Shown here piece by piece: positions 50,586 through 63,462 of a stretch of DNA of 64,000 bases (position 1 is the stretch's first letter; the number at the start of each line of letters is the position of its first letter). The notes beneath the pieces are model-generated. The model had not been told where the DNA came from, did no database searches, and was given only the letters and a program-made list of their open reading frames with translations. This stretch comes from Octopus vulgaris. Lineage: Eukaryota. The DNA lies in the NCBI GenBank assembly GCA_951406725.2, contig OX597814.1, forward strand, positions 20,894,001 to 20,958,000, given 5' to 3'. A program made the translations under genes and the position numbers.

Positions 50586-50730
50586 ACTTCTTTCAGTTCC
50601 TGTCTACCAAATCCACTCAGGCTGACCAAAACTTGAGACTAAAGTAGAAGACACTTGCCCATGGTTCTATGCAATTGGACTGAACCCAGAACCATGTGGT
50701 TGAAAAGCAAGTTTCTTACCACACAGCCAT
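49158..50730 (-). mobile_element. Three tandem copies of tRNA-derived SINE family A (49158-49570, 49825-50263, 50316-50730)
   Basis: Minus-strand head GGAGTGGCTGTGTGGTAAG (A box) ... GGTTCAGTCCC (B box), body CCTTGG-CAAGTGTCTTCTACTATAGCC, central (TA/CA)n, tail GACTGAAACAAGTAAAGAGTAAA. Confidence 0.88.
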
Positions 50731-50987
50731 GGTGACTACTCTTTTGAACATAACATTCCATATTCCTGTTGGCACCCCCAAATTTTGCTTCATTAGAAAA
50801 TTAGAGGTTCCCTAAGAATGAATCTGGTAGAAATCTAATATCTGTATGGAGACCATTTTTACTTTTCAGAAAACTTCATAATCATAAATGAGCACTTTCA
50901 TTTGTGTTTACTTTTCCCCATAAAATTTTCTTAAGAAATTATTTACATTATTTTTCTTAACTACAGCAGTTGTAGGAAACACATTAA

Positions 50988-51209
50988 CCCTTTTGATACC
51001 AACCTGCCTGAAATCACCTCTGACTCTGTAGTACAAATGTCTTGTTTTCAAAAGTTCTGAATTAAAATCTTCCACCAAACCTTAGTTGTAATTTATGCTC
51101 CTTACACTAGCTTAACAATAACTAAACTATTTTACTAACTTCTTTGTTATATTTAAAATTAATTGAAAGAAACACAGAGTATCTCAACAGTAATATAGTA
51201 ACAAAATGG
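50988..51209. mobile_element. piggyBac-like MITE, second family
   Basis: TTAA|CCCTTTTGATAC ... GTAACAAAATGG|TTAA. Confidence 0.6.
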
Positions 51210-51407
51210 TTAAAAAAAACCATGCAATCCACAAATGGAATTGTTAGTGAATTAAAATAAAAGTTTCTTCTGATGCTAAAAACATAAATAAGACTTAATA
51301 AGTCATCTATTGTAGCACATGATTTCTTTGCAACTAATCTTTGAGAAGCATTTTATAAACATATATTAATAATGTTTTGTTTTATTTAAATATTAAAAAA
51401 ATCTTAC

Positions 51408-51458
51408 TCCGTTTGAAACATCCCAAGCTAACATAGTCCTTGCTTGGTTTTCAGCTCT
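51408..51458 (-). CDS. UROC1: Urocanate hydratase internal exon (RAENQARTMLAWDVSNG)
   Basis: TTGACAG| acceptor, |GTAAGA donor, 51 nt, phase 0/0; conserved WDVSNG. Confidence 0.93.
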
Positions 51459-53083
51459 CTGTCAATAGAGGAAAGACAATTACACTTACACTTATAATTT
51501 TCGAAAGCAAAAGGATTTTTAAAGACTAGCAGCAAAATTCTGAAAAACTTAGTTTATGAAAGTATTTGTCAGCAAGGTCAGATTCATATGAATTTGAACC
51601 ATCAACGTTTTGGGTTGAGCATTTCTTACTGCTTTTGACTGGAAGTCAAAAATTATGTAAAAAATGAGCAAGCCCAAATGATGGACTATTCAAAGCATAT
51701 GCAACTATAACAAGCAAGAATATGTTCTTGCCAGGATAGTGCTTCCACTCACTTGTGTAAATTACTGTATGACTCATTTCTTATTACTTAGAGCCCATCT
51801 TTTCAGTAAGAAACAACAGTACTATTTACAAAATTAATTCTGGTATATTAATTAGAGAAGAGTAGATTACTGGTAATTTCCAGAAAATATTTATTATGAA
51901 GAATTTGAAGGTAGGCATAGAACCATATCAGCTTTATTCATCTAATGTAGTTCTGTTGTATATGGTATAGAAAGGCCCCTTTTATTTTGGGGGAAGGGGT
52001 ATTAGTTAAGTTATGTTACCAGTTTGGTTTCTCTTGATAAGAACTGACTTGGACCATGACAACCTGCGTAATCTATACCAGCATGGAAAAGCAGAAGTAA
52101 AATGATATGGTGCAAGGATGCATATCACCAGAGATGAATGTAATGGTATAGCAGTTGTTTTCCTGAACAACCAAAGTGAAGGCAACTAAATTCTAAAACA
52201 AGTTATAATCTCAAGTTATAATAAACAAAATAAAATAGTCCTTGATTCTTGGATGCTCATTCCAGAAATAGGTGTTTGAGAACAGTGACTTTCACACTTT
52301 GACTCAGCCACAGCAGTGAGTGGTGAGTAGGTGAATTACACTAACTGTAGGATCTAATATTATGTAAGAACCAGCTGGACAGAGGAGGACATGTAACATG
52401 TCCCATGCACAGTAGGATCTTCAATCAGAAAGATGCTGGTATATTCAGATTTCTGGATCTGAATTTCTACCTGTCATTCAATAGAGCACAAATTTTCTTC
52501 AACAAGACTGACAGGAGCTACATGACAATAATGTATGCCTTGCTTGTAATACAATAGCTGTAGTAAGATTTGAACTTATGACCATGTGGTCTGTAGACCA
52601 GCATTTTAACTCAAAGCCTTTATGTTTCAGGTAAGTAACAGCTAATATAGTACAGTAGTGAGGTAGACGTGTTTAATAGAAGTATGTGATCTGATTAATG
52701 ATAATATTTTTTTTTTTGGTTAGTATCATCTCTTTTTAGAGACCATACAAATGTTTCCAAAGTCATCACAGAGGTGTTGATTTTGCAGTACATGGTGCTG
52801 AGGATAGCCAAGAAGCTAGAAATGCAGTCCTCACTTCCACTAGAGCGCACCTTGAAATGATTGTTGGGGTTTTTCAAAACCTAATGCCTAAAACATGAAA
52901 TGCTCTCTGGCAAATAGCAGTAAATACGGGTCAAATATGTTCTAAGAATATTTGAATTGACCTAGATGTTTGTTTATGCACAAGACTGCTTTCATGTGCC
53001 TAATACAATATCTTTTTAGAGTGTAATAAAAATATAGACAAAAACACCCCACCCCACAAAAGAAAATATGTGAATGTATTTAC

Positions 53084-53132
53084 ATCAGAGCCATCCAGCA
53101 TAAGACCAAAGCCACCATTAGTAACTTCTCCC
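53084..53132 (-). CDS. UROC1: Urocanate hydratase internal exon (GEVTNGGFGLMLDGSD)
   Basis: TTTCACAG| acceptor, |GTAAAT donor, 49 nt; completes the TGG codon begun in the previous exon. Confidence 0.93.
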
Positions 53133-53278
53133 CTGTGAAATATAAAAGCAGCAGACAATTTCATGTATAAAATATATGATTCATTTAGAATTTTCTTTAT
53201 GTAACAATAAAGCAACATTTGTTTTTTGTTTTAACAATTCAAGGCTTATAATTTTCATAATCAGACATTTATTAACAA

Positions 53279-54930
53279 CTAACAGAGATACCCAGCGTTG
53301 CCCGTGTTACATGCAATTGAAGAATTAGGCATTTCTGTTATATTTTCTCTAATGAACAGGAATACCTATGATTCGAATTTCATCATAATTGCAGATGAGG
53401 GTTCTTTCCCTCTTTACACACCATAAAAAAATTCTAATCATGACGCATGTATCCCATACTACTGATCTTTATGTGCAGATTCCAAAATTCTAGTCTTATG
53501 GAACCTGTTAAAAGGATTTTGCTCCTGAAAAATGGAGGTCATGGAGCTCTAAAATGTGGTTGGTATCTTAATGTCAACCAGAGAAGTTGAATTGTTGAGG
53601 ATCTTTTTAACTTGGGTCTTATATCTATTGCTTGAATTTCTTTGAAATAGGAAGTATATGTATGTTCACTGGGTTTGTAAAAGAGAGTAAAGATGAATGA
53701 TCACAATAAGCAGTCAGCTGACCCACCCTAGTCATTACCACTCCCAATGTAGGATTCCTCAGCATACAGGCGACAGGCACAGCTGTAAGATGCATTACAG
53801 ATCCATAGCAATTGGAAGGGTGTGACCCAACTCAAATAAACATCAATAACTGTGTGACGTGAAGGCTAAGGAGAAATGAAAGTGTCACCTCTGAAGTTTG
53901 CAAATGACCACTATACCAATAGGCAACTGGACAGAATAAATTTACAATCTATAAATGTTTTTGAATAACCAGTCACTCATCTGGGAAGGCCTTGAAATCA
54001 ATGTTACCATCTGGGGACTATGTGTGACCCAGTGATAATAAAAAGATTGAAAGGATATCTGCAACGAAATAACTTTACTCAACACTTTGCAACTGAATCA
54101 GTGGAGGCAAATATGCCTCTCATTTACTTGACATTTTATGCACCACATTGCAGAAATCACAATCTGAGTATATGTCAAAGCAAACTCTTACACTGTTGTA
54201 CCATTGAATTACAAATAATCCTCATCTTTTATGCTTGGGTGACCCTATGACTTCCAAGAGTACAACTGTATTTGTCTTTGCTTAGATAAAATGAGTAAAT
54301 TGTGGGTGTTAGGTCCCCATTAAGAGGTCTTACTGAGCACTAAGAAGTGGAAATTTTAGAAATATTACTTCATTTGTGTCTAATATCTATGGTTAAAATT
54401 TCATCAACAGCCAAAATATATGAATTTTCATGGGGGTTATGGCCCTTACGCAAAGAATATAATTTCCAAATTTCATAAAGATCCATTCAGTACTTTTGAA
54501 CTAGTTTTGGATCATTAAAAAATGACTAAAATTTGGGAGTTAAGGCCCCCATTAAGGGGTCTTAGAATCCTCATGAGAAGTGGAAACTTTGAGAATAATT
54601 CTTGATGTGTGTCAATTACCCATGGTTGAAATTTCATCAACATTGAAAATTTATGAATTTTCATGGGGGGTTCTGCTCCCTTTAAGCCATCTGAAATTCA
54701 AACCAAACATATTGCATTATACCCGCCCTTATGCATTGAATCTAAGTTCCAAATATCATAAGGATCCATTCAGTAATTTTGGTCCATGAAATTGTATGAA
54801 ACACACAGCATTACCCTTCTCCCTAGGCTTGGATTTTGTGTTCCAAATTTCATTAGGATCAGTGCAGTTGTTTTCTAATGTATAAGTAATACACAAACAC
54901 ACATAAAGACATTGACTTTTATATTATAGA
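53279..54930 (-). mobile_element. Non-autonomous Helitron
   Basis: Minus strand A|TCTATAATATAAAAG 5' end; 3' hairpin CGGGCAACGCTGGG followed by TTAG|T; subterminal ~230-bp tandem duplication at 54310-54790. Confidence 0.72.
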
Positions 54931-54949
54931 TATGAATATGCTGACAATA

Positions 54950-55344
54950 TATGAGTGCTTGTGCCTGGCTGTTGTTCAACCGTTTCAAGCAAGGCCTCAA
55001 CTTCCACAACAGAAAGTCTCTGATCTTGGTTTGTCTTCAAGACTGGTGTTGCCTTCTTTGAAATGTCTGAACCAATTCTGTGTCACATGTCATTGACAGT
55101 TCCTGGATCGTCCACCTCCTGAATTTCTTTTGCCACTACCTTTGCATTCAGTCCTTTTTTCCACAGGTAGCATAAAATGGTTCTAATTGCAATTTTTTCT
55201 ACACTCATTATCAAAGTTGCAAAATAAAAAAATAAACAATTCAGCAATGATTGGACAAGTTGTATCAAATCAATGATATAGCATGGAGATAGAAGTTGCC
55301 AAAAATCATCAGTGGACTGAAAAATCTTTTGACTCAACTTGATA
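54950..55344 (-). mobile_element. Mariner 5' fragment
   Basis: MSVEKIAIRTILCYLWKKGLNAKVVAKEIQEV..GTVN and QNWFRHFKEGNTSLEDKPRS. Confidence 0.78.
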
Positions 55345-55564
55345 TATCTACACTATATAAGTGAGGGTGTATGTGGTTATGTATGGGTGTTTAACCCCAA
55401 AAGGTTTTGAAATAGTGCAACTTTGAGAAAAACGAATTTGATTTTCGGAATCAGCATCTCAAAGAGAAGGTTGTCCATAAATAATCAAAAAATACAATTT
55501 GCTATGAGAAATAGCTCAACTTTGAGATTGACAATCTCTTACTCTGTCACCATTAAGCTCCCTC

Positions 55565-55658
55565 TCTCTCTTTTACACCCTCTTGCCGAACCACTAAGTG
55601 ATGGGGACGTAAATACACCAGCATCGGTTGTCAAGCGATGTTGGGGAGACAAACACAG

Positions 55659-55702
<44 letters not shown>

Positions 55703-55866
55703 GATGGGCTTCTTTCAGTTTCCGTTTACCAAATCCACTCACAAGGCTTTGGTTGGCCCAACACTATAGTAGAAGACACTTGCCCAAGGTGCCACGCAGT
55801 GGAACTGAACTCAGAATTATGTGGTTGGTAAGCAAGCTACTTACCACACAGCCACTCCTGCGCCTA
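55565..55866 (-). mobile_element. SINE family A copy
   Basis: Same A/B-box head and body as 49158-49570, with central (CA)n. Confidence 0.85.
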
Positions 55867-56442
55867 CTTGATGCTCTTCAAAAATTTATTAAAGCTGGCG
55901 TTTATATATTAGAGACACACTGCTTAATATTCTTTATACTGTAGACACAAGGCCTGGAATTTGGCAGGAGTGAGAGGCCTAATCAATTTTATTGACCCTA
56001 GTGCTCAACTGGTACATATTTTATCAACCTTGAAAGGATGTCAGATGAAGTCAACCATAGTAGAATGTGAAATCAGAATGTAAAGCTGAAAGAAATACCA
56101 CTAAGCATTTTGTCTGGTTGGCTTATGTTTCTGTCAGCCTCTGCAGTCTTGATACACTGCTTAGTATCAATAACATATCAATGAAGTGCAATAGATAATT
56201 TTTTCAAAAGAAATTAATGCACTGTGGTAATAGTTGAAATTATTAATTTTTTTTTGTTTCATCTTAAGCCAAATATAGAGACTTTCACATGATTGCTCGA
56301 CTTGCTTTAAGTCATGCCTTACTGTCTTAAGAAAGAAAGAACATATTGTAGTACAAGATACAATATAACTGAATAAAAGATAGGAATGCTCACTGCTGCT
56401 ATATCATTACTTATTTATTGTTTGGAGGTAACTAGGAGCTAA

Positions 56443-56678
56443 TCTGTTTCTTTACTACCCACAAGGGGCTAAACATAGAGGGGACAAACAAGGATAGACA
56501 AACGGATTAAGTCGATTACATCGACTCCAGTGCGTAACTGGTACTTAATTTATTGACCCCCGAAAGGATGAAAGGCAAAGTCGACATCGGTGGAATTTGA
56601 ACTCAGAACGTAACGATAGACAAAATACGGCTACACATTTCGGCCGGCGTGCTAACGGTTCTGCCAGCTCGCCACCTT
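56443..56678 (-). mobile_element. SINE family B, well-preserved copy
   Basis: Minus strand AAGGTGGCGAGCTGGCAGAACCGTTAGCACGCCGG...GTTCAAATTCC...GACTTTGCCTTTCATCCTTTCGGGGGTCAATAAATTAAGTACCAG; CpGs retained. Confidence 0.85.
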
Positions 56679-57579
56679 TTGCTAATTAGGAGCTAATCAA
56701 CAACAATACATTTCAACTCTGTCTCTCCTCTCTTAAAATGTATTCTAAGATACTTTGCTTTGGTATACAGCAAAATGTATGAGCTAAAAGTTATGCACAA
56801 ACCCATGGGATTCAATCACTCACTCTGTCTTTCTCTGTCTGTCTCTGTCTATCTGTCTGTCTGTCTGTCTCTCTCTCTCAAATATATAACTCCAATTAGA
56901 AACAAGATTGTAAACCTTAGACTTCCAGAATAAAGAAGTGTCTCTCGTCTCTTTTTATTAAATGAGTGATACCAAAACAAAAGGTGACTGTAAACTTTAA
57001 ACTTTTAGAATAAAGTGGATTTAAATCTAACTTGGCCAATAAAGTTTTTTCATTTCAACTATAAATACTGATAAAGTGTCTAAATAAAAGACAGCTAGAT
57101 ATCATTGTCACAGCTGCAAAATCATATATTGATCAGAGCTATCATGGAGCATATCAACAACAACACCATTCACCTCTGTGTCTCCTCTCTTTTGACATAT
57201 TGTAATATGCTTTGGGATATAGCAAAATGTATATGGATCCAACGACTCACTCTCTCTTCCTCTCTCTGTCTCCTTTTCTTTTTCTCTCAGTTATGAGTGA
57301 AACACTTGGAAAAAAAAAAAAAAAGAAAAAAGAAAATTGCAAACCTGGTCTTTTGGAATAAAGAAGGATTAGTTGTAATTTGGTCAACAGACCTCCCTCA
57401 TTTCAACAGTGGTTGCTGCTAAAATACATGGTCAATTATAAATGACATTGAGAAAAGAAAATCACCAGCAAAAATTGAGTTGTTAGTAAAACATTTGATG
57501 TAATATACCAATTATTTTGTCTCTTATTTGTCTTTTAGATGCATTAGTTAGTTTGGATATAGAAAGTTTACAAACATAC

Positions 57580-57661
57580 CAGCCGACTCCTCCACCATTG
57601 TGAATGGATACCCAAGTGGCTCCACGGAAACTGTCACCAATGACATTTTGAATAGCCATAT
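57580..57661 (-). CDS. UROC1: Urocanate hydratase internal exon (DMAIQNVIGDSFRGATWVSIHNGGGVGW)
   Basis: TACACAG| acceptor, |GTATGT donor, 82 nt, phases 1/2 match neighbours; urocanase signature GATWVSxHNGGGVG. Confidence 0.96.
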
Positions 57662-57734
57662 CTGTGTAAATATATATTTATTTTGTTAAATCTGGTTATG
57701 CAAACAGGAAAATAGAAATCAAAACATGGGAATC

Positions 57735-58540
57735 TTTTATCTTTCACTTGCTTCAGTCATTGGACTGTGGCCATACTGGGGCACTGCCTTGAAAGATTTA
57801 GTCAAATAAATTGACTCCAGTACTTTTTTTAAGCCATTGGCCATTTTTGCTGAATCACTAAATTATGAGGATGTAAATAAACCAACATCAGTTGTCAAGT
57901 AGTGGCGGGAGACAAGCACAAATACAAAGACACACATACACAGATATATCTCTTTTTCTCTTTCTCTTTTACTTGTTTCAGTCATTTGACTGTGGCCATG
58001 CTGGAGCATTGCCTTTAATCAAGCAACTCGACCCCGGGACTTATTCTTTGTAAGCCTAGTACTTATTCTATCGGTCTCTTTTGCTGAACCGCTAAGTGAC
58101 GGGGACATAAACACACCAGCATCGGTTGTCAAGCGATGTTGGAGGGACAAACACAGACATACAAACATACATACACACATATATATACATATATATGACA
58201 GGCTTCTTTCAGTTTCCGTCTACCAAATCCACTCACAAGGCTTTGGTCGGCCCGAGGCTATAGTAGAAGACACTTGCTCAAGGTGCCATGCAGTGGGACT
58301 GAACCCGGAACCATGTGGTTGGTAAACAAGCTACTTACCACACAGCCACTCCTGCGCCTATATATACATACACATACATATATATGACAAACTTCTTTCA
58401 GTTTCCAACTACCAAATCCATTCACAAGGTTTTGGTCAGCCTGAGGCTATGATAGAAGACACTTGCCCAAGGTGCCACACAGTGAGACTGAACTTGGAAC
58501 CATATGGTTGAAAATCTAACTTCTTACCACACAGTCACAT
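57735..58540 (-). mobile_element. Nested SINE family A copies (young copy 57960-58360 inside an older copy split into 57735-57945 and 58365-58540)
   Basis: The older copy's tail half and head half flank a complete younger copy inserted at its central microsatellite. Confidence 0.78.
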
Positions 58541-59706
58541 GCAACTTTTATTGATTGGCAGAAATTACAGAGTGATTCAGGGCCAAGAGTTTTGTTCATT
58601 GATAAGTGCCAGTACATGAAATTCTTGGCTCTTGGGTCACTCTTGAGTAATGCTGATTAATAAACAAAAATATTTATTATGTTAGAAATTTTATCATATC
58701 TATTTTGTTAGAAATTTTATTAATTTGTTTTCCAATGTTTACCATCTAAGAAGCATTAATACAGATCATTAAATTCTGCATGAAGCAGCTATGTTACATT
58801 TGGTAAACTGTACAAGATTTAATTAAAGCTGCAGGAGCATGTAAATGACAATTTTCCGACACTAACATATTTGTGGGGTTTATAAAGCCATTAGCTTTGT
58901 ATTTATATGTATCCAGGAAGAGATGAACATGGTCTCTGAGAATGGTTCTAAACAGAACTGAAACCCACTTCAGATTGCTTGTTTTTTGTTCAAACATAAA
59001 ATACCTCTTTTTTAAAAATAGTTGTTTGCTTTCACTCTCTCAAGCAAGCATGCGTTAGTAAATATGCACCATGGTTTTCATAATTGTTTTAGGTCAACAT
59101 GTTGCCACACATAGACATTGAAACTCTCTTGGTTCTCACTCATGATTCAGTGGAACATCCAAGATATGAGAGCTGGAGAGAGAGAAATCTGCACCAGCAT
59201 CCAGATGGTACTCATTATAGTTGAATAAACTGGAACAACATGAAATAAAGTGCATTGTTGAAGAACACAACACATCACCTAGCCCTGGAATAGAACCTAC
59301 AACCTTATGATCATGATCTGAATTCCCTAACCACTAAGCCACATGTTTTCACCAGACATGTTTATATATCAGTACAAATCTTTGGTTAAATCCTTTACTT
59401 TTACAATATGGATATCCCTCTCTCACTCTTTCGGAGAGGCACTGAGCAGCTATACGCACACATACACACATGGCAGTAACTTCCACCTACCTAATTCAAT
59501 CACAAAGCTTCGGTCGACTTGGGGCTATAACGGAAGACACCTTCCCAAAGTGCCACGCAGTGGGACTGAGCCCGAAACCATGTAGCTAGGAAGCAATCTC
59601 CCTAACCACACAGCCATGCCCGTGCCCACATGTTTATTAATTCTGTCTTAAAATAAGATTTTCTTGTGGCTCTGAAAAAATGTAAAAAGAAACTTTTTTT
59701 ACTTAC

Positions 59707-59806
59707 CTGCGCACAATGCAGATCCATCATAGATGTTGGAAGTTTCTCGGAATGGACTATCAGTTCCACTGACATCATGATGGTCTCGACTTATGACAAC
59801 TGGGCC
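59707..59806 (-). CDS. UROC1: Urocanate hydratase internal exon (GPVVISRDHHDVSGTDSPFRETSNIYDGSALCA)
   Basis: CTGTAG| acceptor, |GTAAGT donor, 100 nt; hallmark urocanase motif RDHHDVSGTDSPFRET. Confidence 0.96.
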
Positions 59807-60220
59807 CTACAGGTAGTAAATTCACAAAAAAGTTGCAAATCACTTAGAACTTCACAGAATTTGACCACTTAACAGTTATATATATAAGACTAACTTGGAA
59901 TATCCTTATTGTAGTTCAAATGAGGAAAACAACGTTTTTTTATAGTAAACCTTAATATATTGTCACAGAAGTAATTTACAAAATATTATTGCTACTAAAA
60001 GCCTCAAGCATGGTTGTGTGGTTAAGAAGCTTGTTTCCCAAACATGTAGTCTTGGATTAAGTCCTACTGTGTAGCACCTTGGGCAAGTAGGCTTCATGAA
60101 CTAAGGTTGACTTAGAGCTAAACAATAGCAACAACTTCTTGATTAAATCTACCCCACCCCCACCTGCAATAACAAAACAAAAAACAAAGCTCTGCAAGCT
60201 ATCACAAAAAACCATATGTA

Positions 60221-60786
60221 TTGGGTTGTCTGGAAAGTTCGTGCCGATTTTTAAAGGAAAGAAAAAGGTCAATAAATACTTGCCATTACATTTTTAATCT
60301 ACCAAATATGAACCATTTTGTTGCACAATGCGTCTCCATCTTTCCTTTAACTTGAAAATACCCTTTTCCCAGAATTGAGGTGATTTCATGGCAAGGAATT
60401 CATCAAGGTCTCATTTTATGTCATCCAAAGAATTGAAATTTTTGCCATTAAGACTGTTCTGCAAAGACCTGAATAAGTGGAAATCTGAAGGAGCAATATC
60501 TGGTGAATATGGAGGGTGGGGTAACACATCCCAGCCAAGCTGCAGCAATTTTTGTCTGGTTCCCAAAGCATCAAGCGCTGAAAATAAACTTTCTTATCTT
60601 CCATTTTAAAGGGTTACAGAATTAACACGGGTTATAGGAACATAAACCTTCTTCCACGAAAAGATAGCTTAAACTGTGCTCTAAATGGAGGTGTAGTGAA
60701 ATCCTATTTTATGGACTCAACCATGTACTAAAATAAGTTGAAAGGTAAGCTACTATAAATCGGCACAAACTTTCTGGACAACCCAA
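60221..60786 (-). mobile_element. Internally deleted non-autonomous mariner, copy 2
   Basis: Same TIRs, TA flanks, length (566 vs 565 bp) and deletion junction as 40784-41348. Confidence 0.9.
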
Positions 60787-62516
60787 TATTTCAATGTTTA
60801 TTTAGCATAAATTATTTGTTTGGAGGAGAATAGTTGATTAAATATACCCTAATACTTGCCTGCTACTTATTTTATTGACCATGGAAGGATAGCAAGGAAA
60901 ATCAACATCAGTGCAATTTGAACTCATGTTCTGAGTTCAAATGTTGCCAAAGTTGACTTGGATTTTTATGCTTCCAGGTTTGATAATATATAAAAAAAAT
61001 GTCAAGTTGTTAGTGAGGGGCATCCAATTGAGTATATACTTTCTCTTGCCATATTTGTGGCTTTGTGCTTTGTTCACTCATTTGATTTTGCTTCTGCTTT
61101 TCTGTGCTAGTATAGGTTAGACAAATGTGTGATTGAAGCATTGTTTAGCAGCTGGATACCCTTCCTGTTGCTAACTTTTCAAGTAAGGAATATCATAATT
61201 CATATGTCTTCAAAGTCTTCAAAGATATAAAACCAGTAGATGATGATATGTAGACAGGAGAAATGACAACAACATTGCTGCTGTGACTTGTGATGTTCAC
61301 AGAAGAGCAAATGTAAGCAAATACACAGATGCACTATATATATATAGTGATTCAGTGTAGATGGGTACAAATCCAGGAAAATCATACAATAATGATATTG
61401 ATGTAGTAGAAGAGGATTGAAGAGATCCTCTATGTTGATTCAATCTGGTTAGGTAAGTAAAATTAATCATCACTGGTGAAAATCTCTCAAGCAATAGATA
61501 GGTTCTTTACAGCTGTTTCTGAGGTAAGTGCACAGTATAAATGGATCTGAACATTTTACTTACATATACATAATGTAGACTGGTGCAATTTACTGTGCAT
61601 GAAGCAGCATGATATAAGTAACATGAGTGGTTTTGCCCATTGCCAGAAGATAAATTGACATCAAGCTGGCGTGACCTTTGCCTTTCCCTAATACAACATT
61701 AGTGGCATGGAGTGGGTCAAGACTTGCATGCATGAAGAACGACTGGTCTTCTATAAATAGTCTTGGAAGAGGAATGCTCCAAGTGCTGATCCACAATCTC
61801 ACAAGACATACACAGGCTCTGTGGTTTGAAGGAATTTGGCTGCTAATATTGATCTGTTTGAGTGACCTTACCCAAGCTCTCAATGCCTTCTTATGTTAAA
61901 AGCCATTTCAAGTTTATTAAAATGACAGTAGTATCTTTTGTAGAATCAGGCTGATGAAATATTAGAGTTATTGCATGAAAAAGTAAATTTAATATTATAT
62001 CGGTGCATACTGTGCAAAATGCTAAGCAGTATTTTATTTGTCTGCCTGTTCTGAATTTAAATTCCATCGAGGTCGATTTTATCTTTCATCCTTTTGAGGT
62101 TGATAAAATAAGTACCAGTTGAGCACTGTGGTTGATATAATTGATTTACTCCTCCCGTGAAATAGCTGGCCTTGTGCCAAAATTTGAAATTGATATTTAT
62201 ATTGGTTAATGAAATCGCCTTCAATCTTTTTTACATGCCCTTTTTTTTGTTGCTGGTAAAAGTTTGATAGATCTTCAAAGCAGTAGTTTCTTGGAGTTTA
62301 AATTAAACTGGCACTCTGTTGGTTATGACGATGAAGGTTCCAGTTGATCTGATCAAATGGAACAGCTTGCTCATGAAATTAATGTGCAAGTGTCTGAGTA
62401 TTCCACAGACCACATGTACCCTTAATGTAGTTCTCAGGGAGATTCAACGTGACACAGAATGTGACAAGGCCAGCCCCTTGAATTGCAGGCACAACTCATT
62501 TTTGCCAGCTGAGTGT

Positions 62517-62718
62517 AGAAGAAGAAGAAGAAGAAGAAGAAGAAGAAGAAGAAGAAGAAGAAGAAAAAGAAGTGGACGAGGAAGAAGAAGAAGAAGAAGA
62601 AGAAGAAGAAGAAGAAGAAGAAGAAGAAGAAGACGATGAGGAAGAAGAAGACGATGAGGAAGAAGAAGAATGAAGAAGAAGAAGAAGAAGAAGAAGAAGA
62701 AGATAATGATGATGATGC
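62517..62718 (+). repeat. (GAA)n purine microsatellite grading into (GAT)n
   Basis: ~185 nt of GAA repeats with a few GAC/GAT/GAG interruptions. Confidence 0.95.
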
Positions 62719-62838
62719 TGATGGGGGAAGAGGAGGAGATCTATGTAATACAAAAATAATTGGTCTCATTTTCTATATAAATTTCATAGTTTTATTATAA
62801 TAAAGCCATAAAGTAAAATGAAAATTTGTTCAACCTAC

Positions 62839-62937
62839 CTTCAGTTTTCCTTCTTTCACAGCTTTATTGAATTCTAAAGCAATTTGTGATCTACCATTTT
62901 GGTCAGCATATAAAATCCTGGCTTGAGAACCTACAAC
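62839..62937 (-). CDS. UROC1: Urocanate hydratase internal exon (VVGSQARILYADQNGRSQIALEFNKAVKEGKLK)
   Basis: TATAG| acceptor, |GTAGGT donor, 99 nt, phase 0/0; conserved urocanase motif VGSQARILY. Confidence 0.93.
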
Positions 62938-63462
62938 CTATATGAACATAAAAGGTATTTTGCAAAAATATATTAAAACTGTCACTAAAATTTTAATTAC
63001 AATTTTTAAGAACATTTTTCTAATTTTATTACATTTTAGAAAATGAAGTTTTAAATCTAAGTCCATTGCTGTAAAGTACCATAAAGTAATGCTGTACACA
63101 CACACACACACACACACATATGCATGCACACACATGCACACACACATGCACACACACATGCATACGCATGCACGCACACACACACACATGCCATATTCAG
63201 TTTCATAAAAACAAAGATATTGTGTAATCAGAGTAGGAATTTTACAGCTAGTTGACGTTTTTCTTTGACTTCATTCATTATTATATCCCTTAAGGTAGAA
63301 GTATAGCTGTGTAGTAAAGAAGGTTGTTTTGCAACCACATTGTTATGGGTTCAGTCCCATTGCACTGTACATTGGGCAAGTGTCTTCTACAATAGTCCTA
63401 GGCTGTGAGTGATTTTGATAGATAGAAACTGTGTAGAAGTTTGTCATATATATACATATATA

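Noticed and set aside
57539-57660. Plus-strand acceptor-like TCTTTTAG|ATG exon candidate
   Set aside because: Fully explained by the minus-strand UROC1 exon at 57580-57661.
62319-62769. Poly-Arg, poly-Phe and poly-Ser ORFs
   Set aside because: Translations of the (GAA)n microsatellite, not genes.
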